63,158 nt of DNA from NCBI GenBank assembly GCA_964622425.1, contig CAZUQN010000004.1:1-63158 (forward strand), in the 5' to 3' direction. A program made the position numbers and the translations under genes. Position 1 is the first letter of the stretch, and every line of letters starts with the position of its first letter. Positions 24,546-33,295 of this stretch are shown here, piece after piece. Under the pieces are notes generated by a model. It did not search any database, had not been told where the DNA came from, and saw only the letters and a list, made by a program, of their open reading frames with translations. Source of the DNA: an uncultured Ruminococcus sp. (GTDB lineage Bacteria > Bacillota > Clostridia > Oscillospirales > CAG-272).

Positions 24546-27238
24546 TTCTTCGCCTCCTTTGATCTTCTCTTGAAAAGGCTGACTATGTCCGCCCACTTGA
24601 GCTTTCTTAAAACGGTGTCTATAACGTATATAGCCGCCGCAATGGCAAGGAACGGAACTGTAAAGTAAAGAACGTAGGTCGCGATCTTATTTTCATCCAC
24701 CTCGAGAGTGATATTTCCGTCCGTGAATACGTTTCCGTGATTTCTCATAAACGCATAGATGGGAGCGGGAGAATAGGTCACGAATTCATCATACTCGGGT
24801 GAGTAAGAGATCGTATGCACGCTCTCGGAGGTATAGGACTTGGTGGTCCAATCGTACGAGACCTTGACAAGATACTTGCCTATCACATCGGTACGGAATC
24901 TGTAGAAGTAACGGTAGGAGTCAAACGTGAGCTTCTCGGTTACCTCGCTTCCGTCGGGGAATACGATGGTAACGTTCATCGTCGCATCGGGGTTAAGCAC
25001 TGCGGGGATTATTTCCACGCCCGAGTACTTACCGTCGTAGCTGACGCTGACGGTATAGGGATAATCGATCTTGGTCTTGGGAGTATTAGTGGAAAGAATG
25101 TTTCCAAGGAAGAGAGCTCCGCTCTCATCCGCCCAATTTCTTACCCAATCTCCGCCAAGATTGGTGGTAAGAGTCGCTACCCTGCCGTTACCGTATGACC
25201 AATAGGTGTACAGGGGCGCCTCGACCTTGCCTCCGCCGGATTTTACGTACTCAACACTGAGGACGGTCTCTGCGCTCGCCTTTGTCTTGGCGTACACGTA
25301 GCCGCCGACGTTGCCGAGCTTTTCAACGCCCTCAAGGACGGGGTCGTTCTCCTTTGAGACGATTACCGGAATATCTCCGATGATCTCGGTGTCGGTAACC
25401 TCATCAGCCACGTCGCCGAGTATAAGCGACTCAAGATCGCTTGAGCGCTGGCAGAAGTAGTAGATGCCGCCGCCCGCGGCAGCGATAGATCTCATAGTAT
25501 CGACACCTAAGGTGTCGGTGTTACCCGTATTAAGGGTAGAAACGGTTATATTGTTGGCGCGAAGCACCTCTGTCTCGGTAATTGGATCGTCGGAGAGCGT
25601 CTCGCCGCCCTCGAAGGACATACCGTCCGAGATGAGAATTACCTGCTTCTCGCTAAAGCTCATCGGGATCATAAGCTCGCCTGCGGCACGCAAAGCCGCA
25701 CCGATCATAGTGCCCTGAGTAACGTCGAGATTTGCCACCGCCTTTAGCGCGCTCTCAACGTTTTCCTTGCTGGCTATCTGAGGCTGAGCAAGGTGATAAA
25801 CCTCACCTGAGAAGGTGACGATGGAGAAATAGTCGTTCTCGTTAAGCAGACCGAGCAGGTAGGTAGCGGAAAGCTTTGCCATTACAAAGTAGTCCGCATT
25901 CTTGAACTCCATACTGCGCGAGCTATCGATAACGAGGGTATAAAGCTTGGGATCAGCGTCGTCGTTGCCGAACTTGGCGGGGAGCATATTGCCGATCTTG
26001 GCGGCAAGCTCGCTCTCGTTATTCTGCAATCCGTTGTTGCCGACCGTAATCAAGCTCTTACCGAACTCGGAAACTACCGTATCGAGTGACTCGATGAACG
26101 TATCGGCGTTGGTTATTTTTTCGACGTCAACGTTTGAGAGAATGATCTCGTCATACTTGCAGAGATCCTCTACCGCAAACGGAACGTTGAAGGCAACGGG
26201 CTTGGGATTCGGGTTCGACATCGTGGGCTTGCTATCCTTCGGCTTGACGTAGGTGTCGATCACGGCATCCTCGCCGTAAAGTCCTTTGACGATCTGCTCG
26301 TCATCTGCTGACGAAGTGATAAGAAGCACGTTAAGCTTTCCGTTAACACGCTGAGTAAAGGAAAGGGTGTTGTTGTGCTCCGAAGCGTCGGAGGTTGCGA
26401 CGAAGGAAACGGAGTAATCGTTCTCGCCCTCCTCCTCGGTATCGAGCTCAAGGTTCACAACGTTGAAGCCCTTGGTAAGCTCGACTGTCCTGCTTATGAA
26501 AGATTCGCCATTCTTAGTGAGGTTGAGAATCACGTTTCCGTCATAAGAGGATTCTATGAGAAGATCCGCTGTGGTTTTGCTTCCGCGGTAAACCGAGGGG
26601 TTAAAATCAACCGAGGTAAGCTGGATCTCCTTTTCATCTTCGGAAAGATTGTTATCAACGTAGACAACGTCGATATAAACGTCTTTTGCCTTCAGGTCCT
26701 CGACAATGCGGACAAGCTCAGAGCCCGCCTCGCTGTCGGTGGACATACCGTCGGTGATAAGAACAATACGCTTGATCGAGCTCTCGCCGAAGAGAGAGTC
26801 GGCATAGCGAAGCGCAGATACGATGTCTGTGCCGCTGTCGTTTACGTTGTTGTCCTTAACCGAGGTTATGCGCTCACCTAGGGGTGTGTGAAGTCTGTAA
26901 TTTTTGCCGAAGGTTATAACTCCCATCTCGGAGTTTCTCGGCAGCTCGTCCTCAACCTTGGCGATATACTCGTCTACGAGGTCGAGCTTACCGTCCATCG
27001 AATAGGAGACGTCCGCAACTACGTAGAGCTCGGTCTCGGTGATGACGGTTACGTTGGACATACCTGCCGCGGCAAGCACACACAGAAGCACGATAACAAT
27101 ATGCAGGATAAGCGCAACTGATGCCGCGCGGGATTTATTCTCCTTGCGTATCGCTATAAAATACGGCACTAAGACAAGCGCGAGCATCGGGATAAGCAAA
27201 AGGAGTAAGAATGGATTATCGAAGCTGATATTTATCAT
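24542..27238 (-). CDS. Membrane protein with two von Willebrand factor A domains (BatB/BatC-like position)
   Basis: MIDAS motifs VADVSYSM and VIDSSRSM, each followed by ...T...ITDG / ISDG. Two N-terminal and one C-terminal hydrophobic helices. The track ORF starts at TTG 27265; I prefer ATG 27238 (MINISFDNPF...). The start is uncertain. Confidence 0.85.
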   Translation of the reverse strand: MINISFDNPFLLLLLIPMLALVLVPYFIAIRKENKSRAASVALILHIVIVLLCVLAAAGMSNVTVITETELYVVADVSYSMDGKLDLVDEYIAKVEDELPRNSEMGVITFGKNYRLHTPLGERITSVKDNNVNDSGTDIVSALRYADSLFGESSIKRIVLITDGMSTDSEAGSELVRIVEDLKAKDVYIDVVYVDNNLSEDEKEIQLTSVDFNPSVYRGSKTTADLLIESSYDGNVILNLTKNGESFISRTVELTKGFNVVNLELDTEEEGENDYSVSFVATSDASEHNNTLSFTQRVNGKLNVLLITSSADDEQIVKGLYGEDAVIDTYVKPKDSKPTMSNPNPKPVAFNVPFAVEDLCKYDEIILSNVDVEKITNADTFIESLDTVVSEFGKSLITVGNNGLQNNESELAAKIGNMLPAKFGNDDADPKLYTLVIDSSRSMEFKNADYFVMAKLSATYLLGLLNENDYFSIVTFSGEVYHLAQPQIASKENVESALKAVANLDVTQGTMIGAALRAAGELMIPMSFSEKQVILISDGMSFEGGETLSDDPITETEVLRANNITVSTLNTGNTDTLGVDTMRSIAAAGGGIYYFCQRSSDLESLILGDVADEVTDTEIIGDIPVIVSKENDPVLEGVEKLGNVGGYVYAKTKASAETVLSVEYVKSGGGKVEAPLYTYWSYGNGRVATLTTNLGGDWVRNWADESGALFLGNILSTNTPKTKIDYPYTVSVSYDGKYSGVEIIPAVLNPDATMNVTIVFPDGSEVTEKLTFDSYRYFYRFRTDVIGKYLVKVSYDWTTKSYTSESVHTISYSPEYDEFVTYSPAPIYAFMRNHGNVFTDGNITLEVDENKIATYVLYFTVPFLAIAAAIYVIDTVLRKLKWADIVSLFKRRSKEAKK

Positions 27239-29099
27239 AGCAATACACCATCCATTCTGCCGCAAATAGTAACGCCGCGAGGATAAACAGAAGCGTCATA
27301 GGATCATACCTACCGTCGCTTCCCTCCTCTGTCGCCTCGCCGTGTATGCTGATCGACTCAGCCACGGTCTCGGTCGGTCGCTCCTCCTTCGGCACGGAGG
27401 AATAAACGTAATATGCAGGTCTCTCTGTGCCGGAGATATCAACCGTTATCTTGTATTCTCCGACCTTTGTAAGCTCAAACTCACTGACCGCTCCGGTCGT
27501 ATCTGTGTATATCTCTTCCCCGTCGGGAGTTTCAACACGAATACTGTTGCAACCGGATATTACGTTGATCTCTGCGGTGTCACCGCAGAAGTAATCGGTT
27601 TTCTCAATAACCTCGGGGAAGGAATAATCAAGAAGATTTCCAAGCATCGCAAGGTAATCAAGAGATAGGGTTATATCGGAATCGTGAAGGTTGAATGCAA
27701 AGACCACCTCACGGTTGCCGTAGCTGTTAACGCCCGTGAATATCACGGGATTGCCCTTGTAGGAATAAAGAGTGGTAAAGTCGGCGTAAAGACCGCACTT
27801 TACGTATCCCGATACGTAGATATCGTCGCCTACCATATTCGCGGTAAGCTTACGCACAATGCTCGCCGTGGAGCTCGAGAGCGTAATGGTATCCGCAGTC
27901 TCGAGAGTTACCTCTCCCTGCACGCTGAAGCCGCTGCCCTCAACGCTCGCGCCGGGGCCTATAAACCAGACCGAGCCGTCTGACGGAAGGGTTGCGGGAT
28001 CATAGCAATCAAAGATATAAAGCGAATATCCGTTGACGGTCTTATCAAGCTTAGCAAGGCGTTCTTCCTCTTTTTTGTAAGCTTCTGTTGTCATAACGGT
28101 AATATCCGCAGTGCTGACCGCATCGATCGCTGCCTCAATGAGGAAGGGAGCGTCGCTGACCAGAAGCGCGTTATAGGAGTTCTCGCTCTCGATGTCATAG
28201 ACCGTTACGGAATTATCCTTCCCGTAAGAATCCTCTATGGGAGCCTTTACGGTAACCGAATAAAACTCCGACGCCTCCACGGTAAAGGTAAAGGGTGTGG
28301 GTACGTCCTTAAATGCCTGCACCTTGGTAGCGCTGAGAGGCTCATCCGCGCCGTCGACGTAGATCTCCACGTCAACGAGTCTGTCCGCGCCGTAGGAAAT
28401 GATATTTCCGCTGACCGTAAGGTTGGTCTTGCCCGACTTGAAGTAGATAACGTCCTCAACCGAGACGTTATTCTCGCCTCTTGAAACGTTGACAAGAGTC
28501 AGGTTTTCAACCGTGTTGTAATCTGTATCGGTAACAAGATAAACGCGTGTGGAGGGGTTATCGTCAAAGTAGCCCTGAGCCACACCGATGGCATCGGTAT
28601 AATCGATAGCTCCGTCGGTAGACTGAAGCGATGCGAGTCTGTCGGAAACGCGGGACTTATCGTCCGCCTTCTCAAGAAGCACCTCGGTGGTGCCGCCAAC
28701 GTAAACTACGGTATAGGTGCTGCCCTCCTTAGCCTCGTCGACCACCTTGAGTATTTCCTCCTTTGCGAGGTCAAAGCGGGTCTTGCCGTCCATCTGCATA
28801 TTCATACTCGCCGAGCCGTCAAGAATAAAGCAATATTCGTGAGCCGCTCCGGGGAGCACGATGATAGGATGCGCGACCGCAAGAGAGAGAGCCGCGACAA
28901 GAAGAAGCTGAAGGATAAGGCTGATAATACCGGTTATCCTCGAGAGCGGATTTCTCCTCTTTAAGAATCTCTCGCTAAGACGCCAGAGGAAGGTGGAGGC
29001 TATGGTCTGCTCCGCATATCTGTTTTTGATAAGGTATACGATGATAAGAATCGGAATACCTATGAGGCCGAGAAGACCTATGGGATAAAGAAACGTCAT
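27216..29099 (-). CDS. BatA-like membrane protein: aerotolerance-regulator N-terminal domain plus a VWA domain
   Basis: MTFLYPIGLLGLIGIPILIIVYLIKNRYAEQTIASTFLWRL matches the BatA_N pattern. MIDAS motif ILDGSASM. C-terminal TM helix. Its start overlaps the DUF58 stop as ATGA (29096-29099). Confidence 0.85.
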   Translation of the reverse strand: MTFLYPIGLLGLIGIPILIIVYLIKNRYAEQTIASTFLWRLSERFLKRRNPLSRITGIISLILQLLLVAALSLAVAHPIIVLPGAAHEYCFILDGSASMNMQMDGKTRFDLAKEEILKVVDEAKEGSTYTVVYVGGTTEVLLEKADDKSRVSDRLASLQSTDGAIDYTDAIGVAQGYFDDNPSTRVYLVTDTDYNTVENLTLVNVSRGENNVSVEDVIYFKSGKTNLTVSGNIISYGADRLVDVEIYVDGADEPLSATKVQAFKDVPTPFTFTVEASEFYSVTVKAPIEDSYGKDNSVTVYDIESENSYNALLVSDAPFLIEAAIDAVSTADITVMTTEAYKKEEERLAKLDKTVNGYSLYIFDCYDPATLPSDGSVWFIGPGASVEGSGFSVQGEVTLETADTITLSSSTASIVRKLTANMVGDDIYVSGYVKCGLYADFTTLYSYKGNPVIFTGVNSYGNREVVFAFNLHDSDITLSLDYLAMLGNLLDYSFPEVIEKTDYFCGDTAEINVISGCNSIRVETPDGEEIYTDTTGAVSEFELTKVGEYKITVDISGTERPAYYVYSSVPKEERPTETVAESISIHGEATEEGSDGRYDPMTLLFILAALLFAAEWMVYCYDKYQLR

Positions 29100-29986
29100 T
29101 TCACTACCCCCTCTTCCTCGAGCCTGCCGAAGATGATCTCACCGATATCGTCCTCTGCGGATGCGAGAATGTAATTCGCGCCGCGGGAGAAGCAATAGTC
29201 ACGGATCCTGTCCGTAGCGTATCCGAGCGCCGCTCTGTACGCCTTGAGAATATCTCGGTCGATGTTCTTTTTATAGGTTTTGTCATAATTCTCCGAGTCA
29301 TAGAGATGCATCTTGCCCGTAAGCTGAGGCGCAAGCTCCCCTCGGGATAATATCTGTATGCAAAATACGTCGCGCTTCTTGCCGATTAGGTGGTCTATCG
29401 CGGTCTCGTAGTCATTATCGGTGAGGAAATCGGAGATAATAACCGACATACCGTCACCCATTCCGACAACGGAGGGGAGGATAGCCTCGCTTATGTAGCT
29501 GTCGCCGTCAAACTCAATTTCGTTAAATTTGCCTACTCTGTTGAAGAAGGACTCCTTGCCCACCGTAGGAGGAATAAGCTCGGTGACCGTCCTGTCCTTG
29601 ATGACGTAGACGGATACTCTGTCCATCTCGTTCACCGACATATACGCAAGGGCGGCGGCGAGGCGGACTGCCTGCTCTGCCTTCTCTCCCCTGCCGTAGT
29701 CCATAGAACGGCTGGCATCGATATAAATTCTCGTGTGCATCTGTCTCTCGTCAAGGAAAAGCTTGAGATAAAGCTTATCAAAGCGAGCGTAGGAATTCCA
29801 GTCGATCTTGGTTATATCGTCGCCGGGCATATAGTCGCGGTAATCAGCAAATTCGCAAGAAGAACCAAACGAGCCGTATTTGCTCTGTTTATTGCCGCCG
29901 AACATTCCGGCGACGTTGTTCTTGAGGAGTGTCTCGAGGATATCAAGCCTTGAGAGGAACTCTTCGTTGATTACATACTTTTTCAT
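29096..29986 (-). CDS. DUF58 family protein
   Basis: Signature FADYRDYMPGDDITKIDWNSYARFDKLYLKLF. The MoxR stop and this gene's start abut as TAAATG (29984-29989). Confidence 0.9.
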   Translation of the reverse strand: MKKYVINEEFLSRLDILETLLKNNVAGMFGGNKQSKYGSFGSSCEFADYRDYMPGDDITKIDWNSYARFDKLYLKLFLDERQMHTRIYIDASRSMDYGRGEKAEQAVRLAAALAYMSVNEMDRVSVYVIKDRTVTELIPPTVGKESFFNRVGKFNEIEFDGDSYISEAILPSVVGMGDGMSVIISDFLTDNDYETAIDHLIGKKRDVFCIQILSRGELAPQLTGKMHLYDSENYDKTYKKNIDRDILKAYRAALGYATDRIRDYCFSRGANYILASAEDDIGEIIFGRLEEEGVVK

Positions 29987-30970
29987 TTAGGGCTTTTTGG
30001 TTTCCTTTACAAGCATTTCGATCACGTCGTCAACGGTGAGCTTATCGTTGATAGCCGCGTAGTTGACCTTTACTCTGTGACGGAGAACGGGTCCTGCAAG
30101 AGCGTCGATATCCGCGTAGGATACGTTGTAGTTGCCGTGCATAAGAGCGCGCACCTTAGCGGCGGTAATAAGCGCCTGAGCGGCACGGGGAGACGCGCCG
30201 TACTTGATGTACTTAGATGCGGTTGCGGACGCGCCGTCGAGCTCGGGGTGAGTCGCGGAAACGAGATTTACGGCATACTCAAGCACGTCATCGATAACGG
30301 GAACACCTGATGCGAGCTGACGCATACCGAGTATGGTCTCACCGTCCATAACCGTCTCTGCGGTCTCAAGCATGGTAGCCTGAGTCATGGTAACTATATT
30401 CTTGAGCTCCTCGGTGCCGGGGAACTTCATAATAAGCTTGAACATAAATCTGTCCATCTGAGCCTCGGGAAGCGGATAGGTACCGTCCTGCTCGATGGGG
30501 TTCTCGGTCGCCATTACAAAGAAAGGCTCGGAGATCGCGTGAGTAGCTCTGCCGATGGTAACCTTGTGCTCCTGCATCACCTCAAGCATCGCGGACTGAG
30601 TCTTGGGTGTAGCTCTGTTGATCTCGTCTGCAAGAACGAGGTTTGCAAAGATAGGACCTCTGCGGAATACGGTACGCATATTGCCGTCCTTATCCTTCTG
30701 AATGATGTTGGTACCCGTAACGTCGGAGGGCATAAGGTCGGGGGTGAACTGAATTCTCGAGAAAGGAAGGCCGAGGGTACGGCTGAGAGAACGGACAAGT
30801 CTGGTCTTACCTACACCGGGTACACCCTCAAGAAGCACGTTTCCGCCCGAGATAATGGCGATGATAATATTTTCGATAACCTCCTCGTTACCGACGACGT
30901 CCTTTGCGAGCTCTGCCTTTATGCTCGCAATTCTGGCACTAAAGCTTTTTGCATTTTCCATGTTTTCCAT
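29987..30970 (-). CDS. MoxR-family AAA+ ATPase
   Basis: Walker A LLEGVPGVGKT, Walker B/sensor LVLADEINRATPKTQSAMLEVMQE, and a C-terminal AAA lid (GASPRAAQALI). Confidence 0.92.
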   Translation of the reverse strand: MENMENAKSFSARIASIKAELAKDVVGNEEVIENIIIAIISGGNVLLEGVPGVGKTRLVRSLSRTLGLPFSRIQFTPDLMPSDVTGTNIIQKDKDGNMRTVFRRGPIFANLVLADEINRATPKTQSAMLEVMQEHKVTIGRATHAISEPFFVMATENPIEQDGTYPLPEAQMDRFMFKLIMKFPGTEELKNIVTMTQATMLETAETVMDGETILGMRQLASGVPVIDDVLEYAVNLVSATHPELDGASATASKYIKYGASPRAAQALITAAKVRALMHGNYNVSYADIDALAGPVLRHRVKVNYAAINDKLTVDDVIEMLVKETKKP

Positions 30971-30989
30971 TTATATATCCTCACTTAAA

Positions 30990-32393
30990 TTAATCGTTTT
31001 TGGGCGCGCCGTCGAAGAGGGAGCCAAAATACTCCTCTGCCGCGTCGGAGAGCTCATCCGAGGCCTTGCCGTCGGTTATCTTTTCATTTGCCTTGGCAAA
31101 ATAATCGCCGAGAATCTCGCCAAGAGGTCTGTGTGTATTCGTATCGGGGTCAAAGACAAGGTCGTTGCTGCCGTAGATGACGTCGCCCGTGCCAAGACCG
31201 CCCGAGCCTATGTTTTTATCGGGCTCTTCGCCTTCGCCGTCCTCAGTCGGAGGCACAGTTTCGGGATCGCGAATATCGATATCGGTGTCGGGATCGACCA
31301 CGGTAAGGTCGTCCTCGGTGATGCCGAAGAGATTGCAAAGCTTGTTAATGACTATCCTCATCGTGGATCGGTTAACGTTCTGGACGATGACCTCTGCGTT
31401 AAGAGCGGTTGCCGCAGTGGAAAACTCGTCCTCAATATCCGAGCCTTCTCTGATAGCCGCAGTCAGACCCTTAAAGAGAAGATAAAGAGTGTCGCCAGAG
31501 TGAACTCCCGAGGCAGCGAGATAGGAATCAAGCTCATCAGCAGTGAAGTCACGGTCATCCGAGCCCGAAGCCGCAACAGACTCACCAAGAGCGACAAGAG
31601 CGTTCTTGGAGCCCGAGCCCGCAAGCTCGCCAAGAGCCTTCGCAAGTTCCTTTACGGCATCGTTCGAGCTCTCAAGGAACACGACCGACAGGGACTCTGC
31701 GGAGTTTGCCTCGACGAGAGCGGCGTTGATGCCGAGCACCGTGGATATGGCCTTTGTCTTCATCTCGGAGAGATAATCCGACGACTCGACAAATTCGAGT
31801 AAGGAATTAAGCTCGGTGAGGACCTTTTCTCTCAAGGTATCGTTTATGTATGCGTTCTCGACGGTAGTGATCAGCTCGCCGATGGCGGTGATTATCCACT
31901 GCTTGTCAAACTCGTCGATCACCGACTCGCCTCCGTCTGCTTTGGCAGGGACGATGAGTGCGCCGGCGATGCATCCGACGGAAATACAGAACACAAGAAG
32001 TCCTGCGACAAGCTGACGAGCCTTGAGGGATTTTATCGGCTTTTCGCCAAGACGCAGGTCGGCATCCTCGCGCTGAAGACGGGCAAATCCGCTCTCGTCG
32101 TCGCGGAGCTCGACCATTGTGCTGACCTTCTCGTCAAGACCGTAGAGCGAGTCAAGACGCTTGGCAAGCCGCTTGTCCGACGGCATGAATATGAAATAGA
32201 GAATCGTGGAAAGCGCCGCCGCCAATACTGCCCCAAGCACGTAAAAGACCGGCTTTACCGCATTGCCGCCAAGCTTACCCGCAAGTATGACTGCGGCAAG
32301 GCCGACGACCGATACGCCGACGCCTAGAAGCGCGGATACGGTGATTGCCTGCACTCTGACTCTCCTTTTGAATTTGTTAAAGCTTTTGCTCAT
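30990..32393 (-). CDS. Membrane protein of unknown function (467 aa), first gene of the MoxR/VWA operon
   Basis: Three hydrophobic helices in the first ~150 aa, then a helical, acidic soluble region. 19-nt gap to MoxR containing an RBS. Promoter directly upstream. Confidence 0.75.
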   Translation of the reverse strand: MSKSFNKFKRRVRVQAITVSALLGVGVSVVGLAAVILAGKLGGNAVKPVFYVLGAVLAAALSTILYFIFMPSDKRLAKRLDSLYGLDEKVSTMVELRDDESGFARLQREDADLRLGEKPIKSLKARQLVAGLLVFCISVGCIAGALIVPAKADGGESVIDEFDKQWIITAIGELITTVENAYINDTLREKVLTELNSLLEFVESSDYLSEMKTKAISTVLGINAALVEANSAESLSVVFLESSNDAVKELAKALGELAGSGSKNALVALGESVAASGSDDRDFTADELDSYLAASGVHSGDTLYLLFKGLTAAIREGSDIEDEFSTAATALNAEVIVQNVNRSTMRIVINKLCNLFGITEDDLTVVDPDTDIDIRDPETVPPTEDGEGEEPDKNIGSGGLGTGDVIYGSNDLVFDPDTNTHRPLGEILGDYFAKANEKITDGKASDELSDAAEEYFGSLFDGAPKND

Positions 32394-32428
32394 TTATACC
32401 TCGCGAAAAAATATATATTATAAAAAAT

Positions 32429-32505
32429 AATTCACACCCAATTTTATCACACGGTCTTTCCTTTGTCAAGTAAAATAAAGCCGTTTCCGATGGTGGGTGT
32501 GAATT
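32429..32505. promoter_or_regulatory. Perfect 12-bp inverted repeat bracketing the operon promoter (candidate operator pair)
   Basis: AATTCACACCCA (32429-32440) and TGGGTGTGAATT (32494-32505). One arm abuts the -10; the other lies 24 nt upstream of the -35. Confidence 0.4.
32441..32469 (-). promoter_or_regulatory. Promoter of the MoxR/VWA operon
   Basis: Minus strand: TTGACA, 17-nt spacer, TAAAAT with an extended -10 TG. Confidence 0.55.
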
Positions 32506-32579
32506 TTTAGACATTCTGTATTATTTTGTCAATTTGAATATTTAGTTTTTGTTTATGATGACAAGCCGTTTTGGGAGAT

Positions 32580-33137
32580 TTAAAGCTCGGCGGACAACAC
32601 GCTCTTAAGATTCTCTGCCGCTATATCCGCGCTCTCATATCCGCCGTCAACAAGAATGACCGCGCCATAGATGACCGAAAGGAGCTTGAAGGACAGCTTT
32701 GCCTTATCAGAGATACCGTTCTTTTCGGCATATCGCTCAACAGCGGAGATTATCGGTCTGTCGAATTCCTCAAGGGGTCCCATCTTACCCTTAGCGAGTG
32801 TTGCGGAGGCGGAAATAACCGTGCGGAAATTGCCGTTGGCTATCCAGAAGCGGAGTCCCGCTACGGCAAGCTCGGTAAGGAGCGCCTTGGGGTCTGATGC
32901 GAATATCTCGGTGATCTGTCGGGACAAAAGCGTCCATCCCTCAATCACAAATTGCATAACAGAGGTTATAAGCTCGTCCTTATCCTTGAAGTGGCGGTAG
33001 GGGGCGGCGCAGGAAACTCCTGCGTCCTGAGCAACGCGGCGGAGTGAAAAATCGCTGACTCCGTGTGTCTCGAGCTCCTTGAGTCCGGAAAAGAGCAATC
33101 TTGATCTTACGTTATCGGGGGTGAAGTTTTCTTCCAT
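32580..33137 (-). CDS. TetR/AcrR-family transcriptional regulator
   Basis: N-terminal HTH FSLRRVAQDAGVSCAAPYRHFKDKDELI; 185 aa, all-helical C-terminal part. Confidence 0.9.
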   Translation of the reverse strand: MEENFTPDNVRSRLLFSGLKELETHGVSDFSLRRVAQDAGVSCAAPYRHFKDKDELITSVMQFVIEGWTLLSRQITEIFASDPKALLTELAVAGLRFWIANGNFRTVISASATLAKGKMGPLEEFDRPIISAVERYAEKNGISDKAKLSFKLLSVIYGAVILVDGGYESADIAAENLKSVLSAEL

Positions 33138-33154
33138 AATATATAATCCCTTTA

Positions 33155-33169
33155 GTTAACAGTATTAAC
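33155..33169. promoter_or_regulatory. Candidate TetR operator 1 (GTTAACAGTATTAAC)
   Basis: Half-site repeat GTTAAC-N3-ATTAAC, just downstream of the predicted tetR promoter -10. Confidence 0.4.
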
Positions 33170-33175
33170 ATCTAC

Positions 33176-33204
33176 ATTTTAGCACGTTTTTTCTCATATT
33201 TCAA
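33176..33204 (-). promoter_or_regulatory. Predicted promoter of the TetR gene
   Basis: Minus strand: TTGAAA, 17-nt spacer, TAAAAT. Confidence 0.45.
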
Positions 33205-33223
33205 GTGCTTTTTACAAAAAGAC

Positions 33224-33251
33224 TTGACTTTTTCTCTGTTTTGTGTATAAT
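33224..33251 (+). promoter_or_regulatory. Predicted promoter of the aromatic amino-acid operon
   Basis: TTGACT (33224-33229), 16-nt spacer, TATAAT (33246-33251). A second TATAAT lies at 33256-33261. Confidence 0.5.
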
Positions 33252-33266
33252 AGGTGTATAATCCAA

Positions 33267-33281
33267 GTTAACAATGTTAAC
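33267..33281. promoter_or_regulatory. Candidate TetR operator 2 (GTTAACAATGTTAAC)
   Basis: Near-palindrome of the same type as operator 1, located between the -10 and the RBS of the aminotransferase gene. Confidence 0.4.
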
Positions 33282-33295
33282 ATTGTGGAGGAATT

